Source: Octopus vulgaris (Eukaryota). Taken from it: 64,000 nt of DNA. Below are positions 62,478-64,000 of the stretch, piece by piece. The translations under genes and the position numbers were made by a program. Where the stretch lies: assembly GCA_951406725.2 (NCBI GenBank), contig OX597830.1, positions 58,032,001 to 58,096,000 of the forward strand, written 5' to 3'. Under the pieces are notes generated by a model that made no database searches, had not been told where the DNA came from, and saw only the letters and a list, made by a program, of their open reading frames with translations. The number at the start of each line of letters is the position of its first letter. The first letter of the stretch is position 1.

Positions 62478-64000
62478 AGTTGTTAGATCAGGTAATGAAG
62501 GTTACGGAGAGGGTCATAGCCCAACTAATTAGGGAGAGAGTCAGTTTAGATGAGATGCAGTTTGGGTTCGTGCCAGGGAAAAGCACCACTGATGCTATAT
62601 TTCTGGGAAGACAGCTGCAGGAGAAATACCTAGCCAAAGATAAGCCCCTGTACCTGGCTTTTGTTGACATGGAGAAAGCCTTCGACAGGGTCCCCCGATC
62701 CCTTATCTGGTGGTCAATGAGGAAACTAGAGATAGATGAATGGTTAGCGAGAGCTGTGCAAGCCATGTACAGGGACGCTGTCAGTAAGGTAAGGGTTGGC
62801 AACAAGTACAGTGAAGAATTCCAGGTGGAGGTAGGGGTCCACCAAGGTTCAGTCTTTAGCCCCCTCCTATTTATCATAGTCCTCCAGGCAATAACAGAAG
62901 AATTCAAGACAGGATGCCCCTAGGAGCTCCTCTATGCTGGTGACCTTGCTCTAATTGCTGTGTCACTATCAGAACTCGAGGTGAAGTTTCAGGTGTGGAA
63001 ACAATGATTAGAATCAAAGGGCATTAGAGTCAACCTAACTAAAATCAAAGTCCTAATATGTAGGAAGGCAGGCAAACCACAAATCCCTTCAGGTCGATGG
63101 CCCTGCTCGATCTGTAGTAGAGGCGTAGGTAGAAACTCCATAAGATGTATCCAGTGTAAGCTATGGACACATAAGAGGTGCAGTAATATCAAAGGAAGGC
63201 TAACTGGGAAGATAGTTTTTGTATGTGGCAGATGCTCAGGAGCAATAAGCACTGAAAATATGCAGAGAACACCTTCCGCCACATTCCAGGGAGAAAAACT
63301 AGAAGTAGTTGATAGCTTCTGTTACCTAGGTGACCAAGTCAGTTGCGGGGGTGGGTGCACTGAAGTGTAGCTGCTAGAAAAAGAATAGCTTGGGCAAAGT
63401 TCAGAGAGCTCTTACCTCTGCTGGTGACAAAGGGCCTCTCTCTCAGAGTAAAAGATAGACTGTATGACGCATGTGTATGAATAGCCATGCTACATGGCTG
63501 CTGAGGACATGCGTAAGCTCGCAAGGAATGAAGCTAGGATGTGTAATGTCAGTGTGCATACTTGACAGAGTGTAAGTGCCTTGAGAGAAAAGTTGGACCT
63601 AAGAAGCATTAGATGTGGTGTGCAAGAGAGACGACTGCGCTGGTATGGTCATGTGGCGTGCAAGAGAGACGACTGCACTGGTATGGTCATGTGGCGAGAA
63701 TGGATGAGGATAGCTGTGTGAAAAAGTACCACACCCTAGTGGTTGAGGGAACCTGTAGAAGAGGTAGACCCAGGAAGACCTGGGATGAAGTGGTGAAGCA
63801 CGACCTTCGAACTTTAGGCCTCACCGAGGTAATGACTAGTGACTGAGACTTTTGGAAATATGCTGTGCTCGAGAAGATCCGGCAAGCCAAATGAGACCAT
63901 AATCTCGTGGCCTATGCCAGGGGCGTAACCAGCCCACTTATGCGTACCTTTTCTTCTTTGGACACTAAACTCTGCTTGCGAAGACCTGTTGAGGCAAGTG
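62478..64000 (+). mobile_element. RTE-clade LINE, 5'-truncated, RT domain with stops
   Basis: QFGFVPGKSTTDAIF, AFVDMEKAFDRVPR, GVHQGSVFSPLLF, a YADD-like motif and C-terminal RRGRPRKTW. Confidence 0.93.

Overview
AT-rich, repeat-dense eukaryotic DNA. The SINE and LINE families point to an octopod cephalopod (Octopus-like); this is an inference. Most of the window is one minus-strand multi-exon gene, WDR60/DYNC2I1 (cytoplasmic dynein-2 intermediate chain). I traced 22 phase-consistent GT-AG exons from 56730 down to 972, about 666 codons, plus a candidate first coding exon at 60517-60534. The C-terminal WD40 exons run off the left edge. An intact, intronless acylphosphatase gene (31543-31848, same strand) is nested in its largest intron. 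The introns hold a full-length dead mariner (DD34D), a DD37D/maT remnant, RTE and CR1-group LINE fragments, Penelope-like remnants with decayed hammerhead motifs, tandem non-autonomous Helitrons, a hAT MITE, many tRNA-derived SINEs and several LINE-derived minisatellites. No CRISPR array, rRNA or true tRNA gene is supported. The most notable items are the nested ACYP, 15 consecutive phase-0 exons, a candidate truncating exon next to ACYP, and hairpin arrays with conserved stems and variable loops in the RTE 3' UTR. Coordinates were read by hand and repeat boundaries are approximate.
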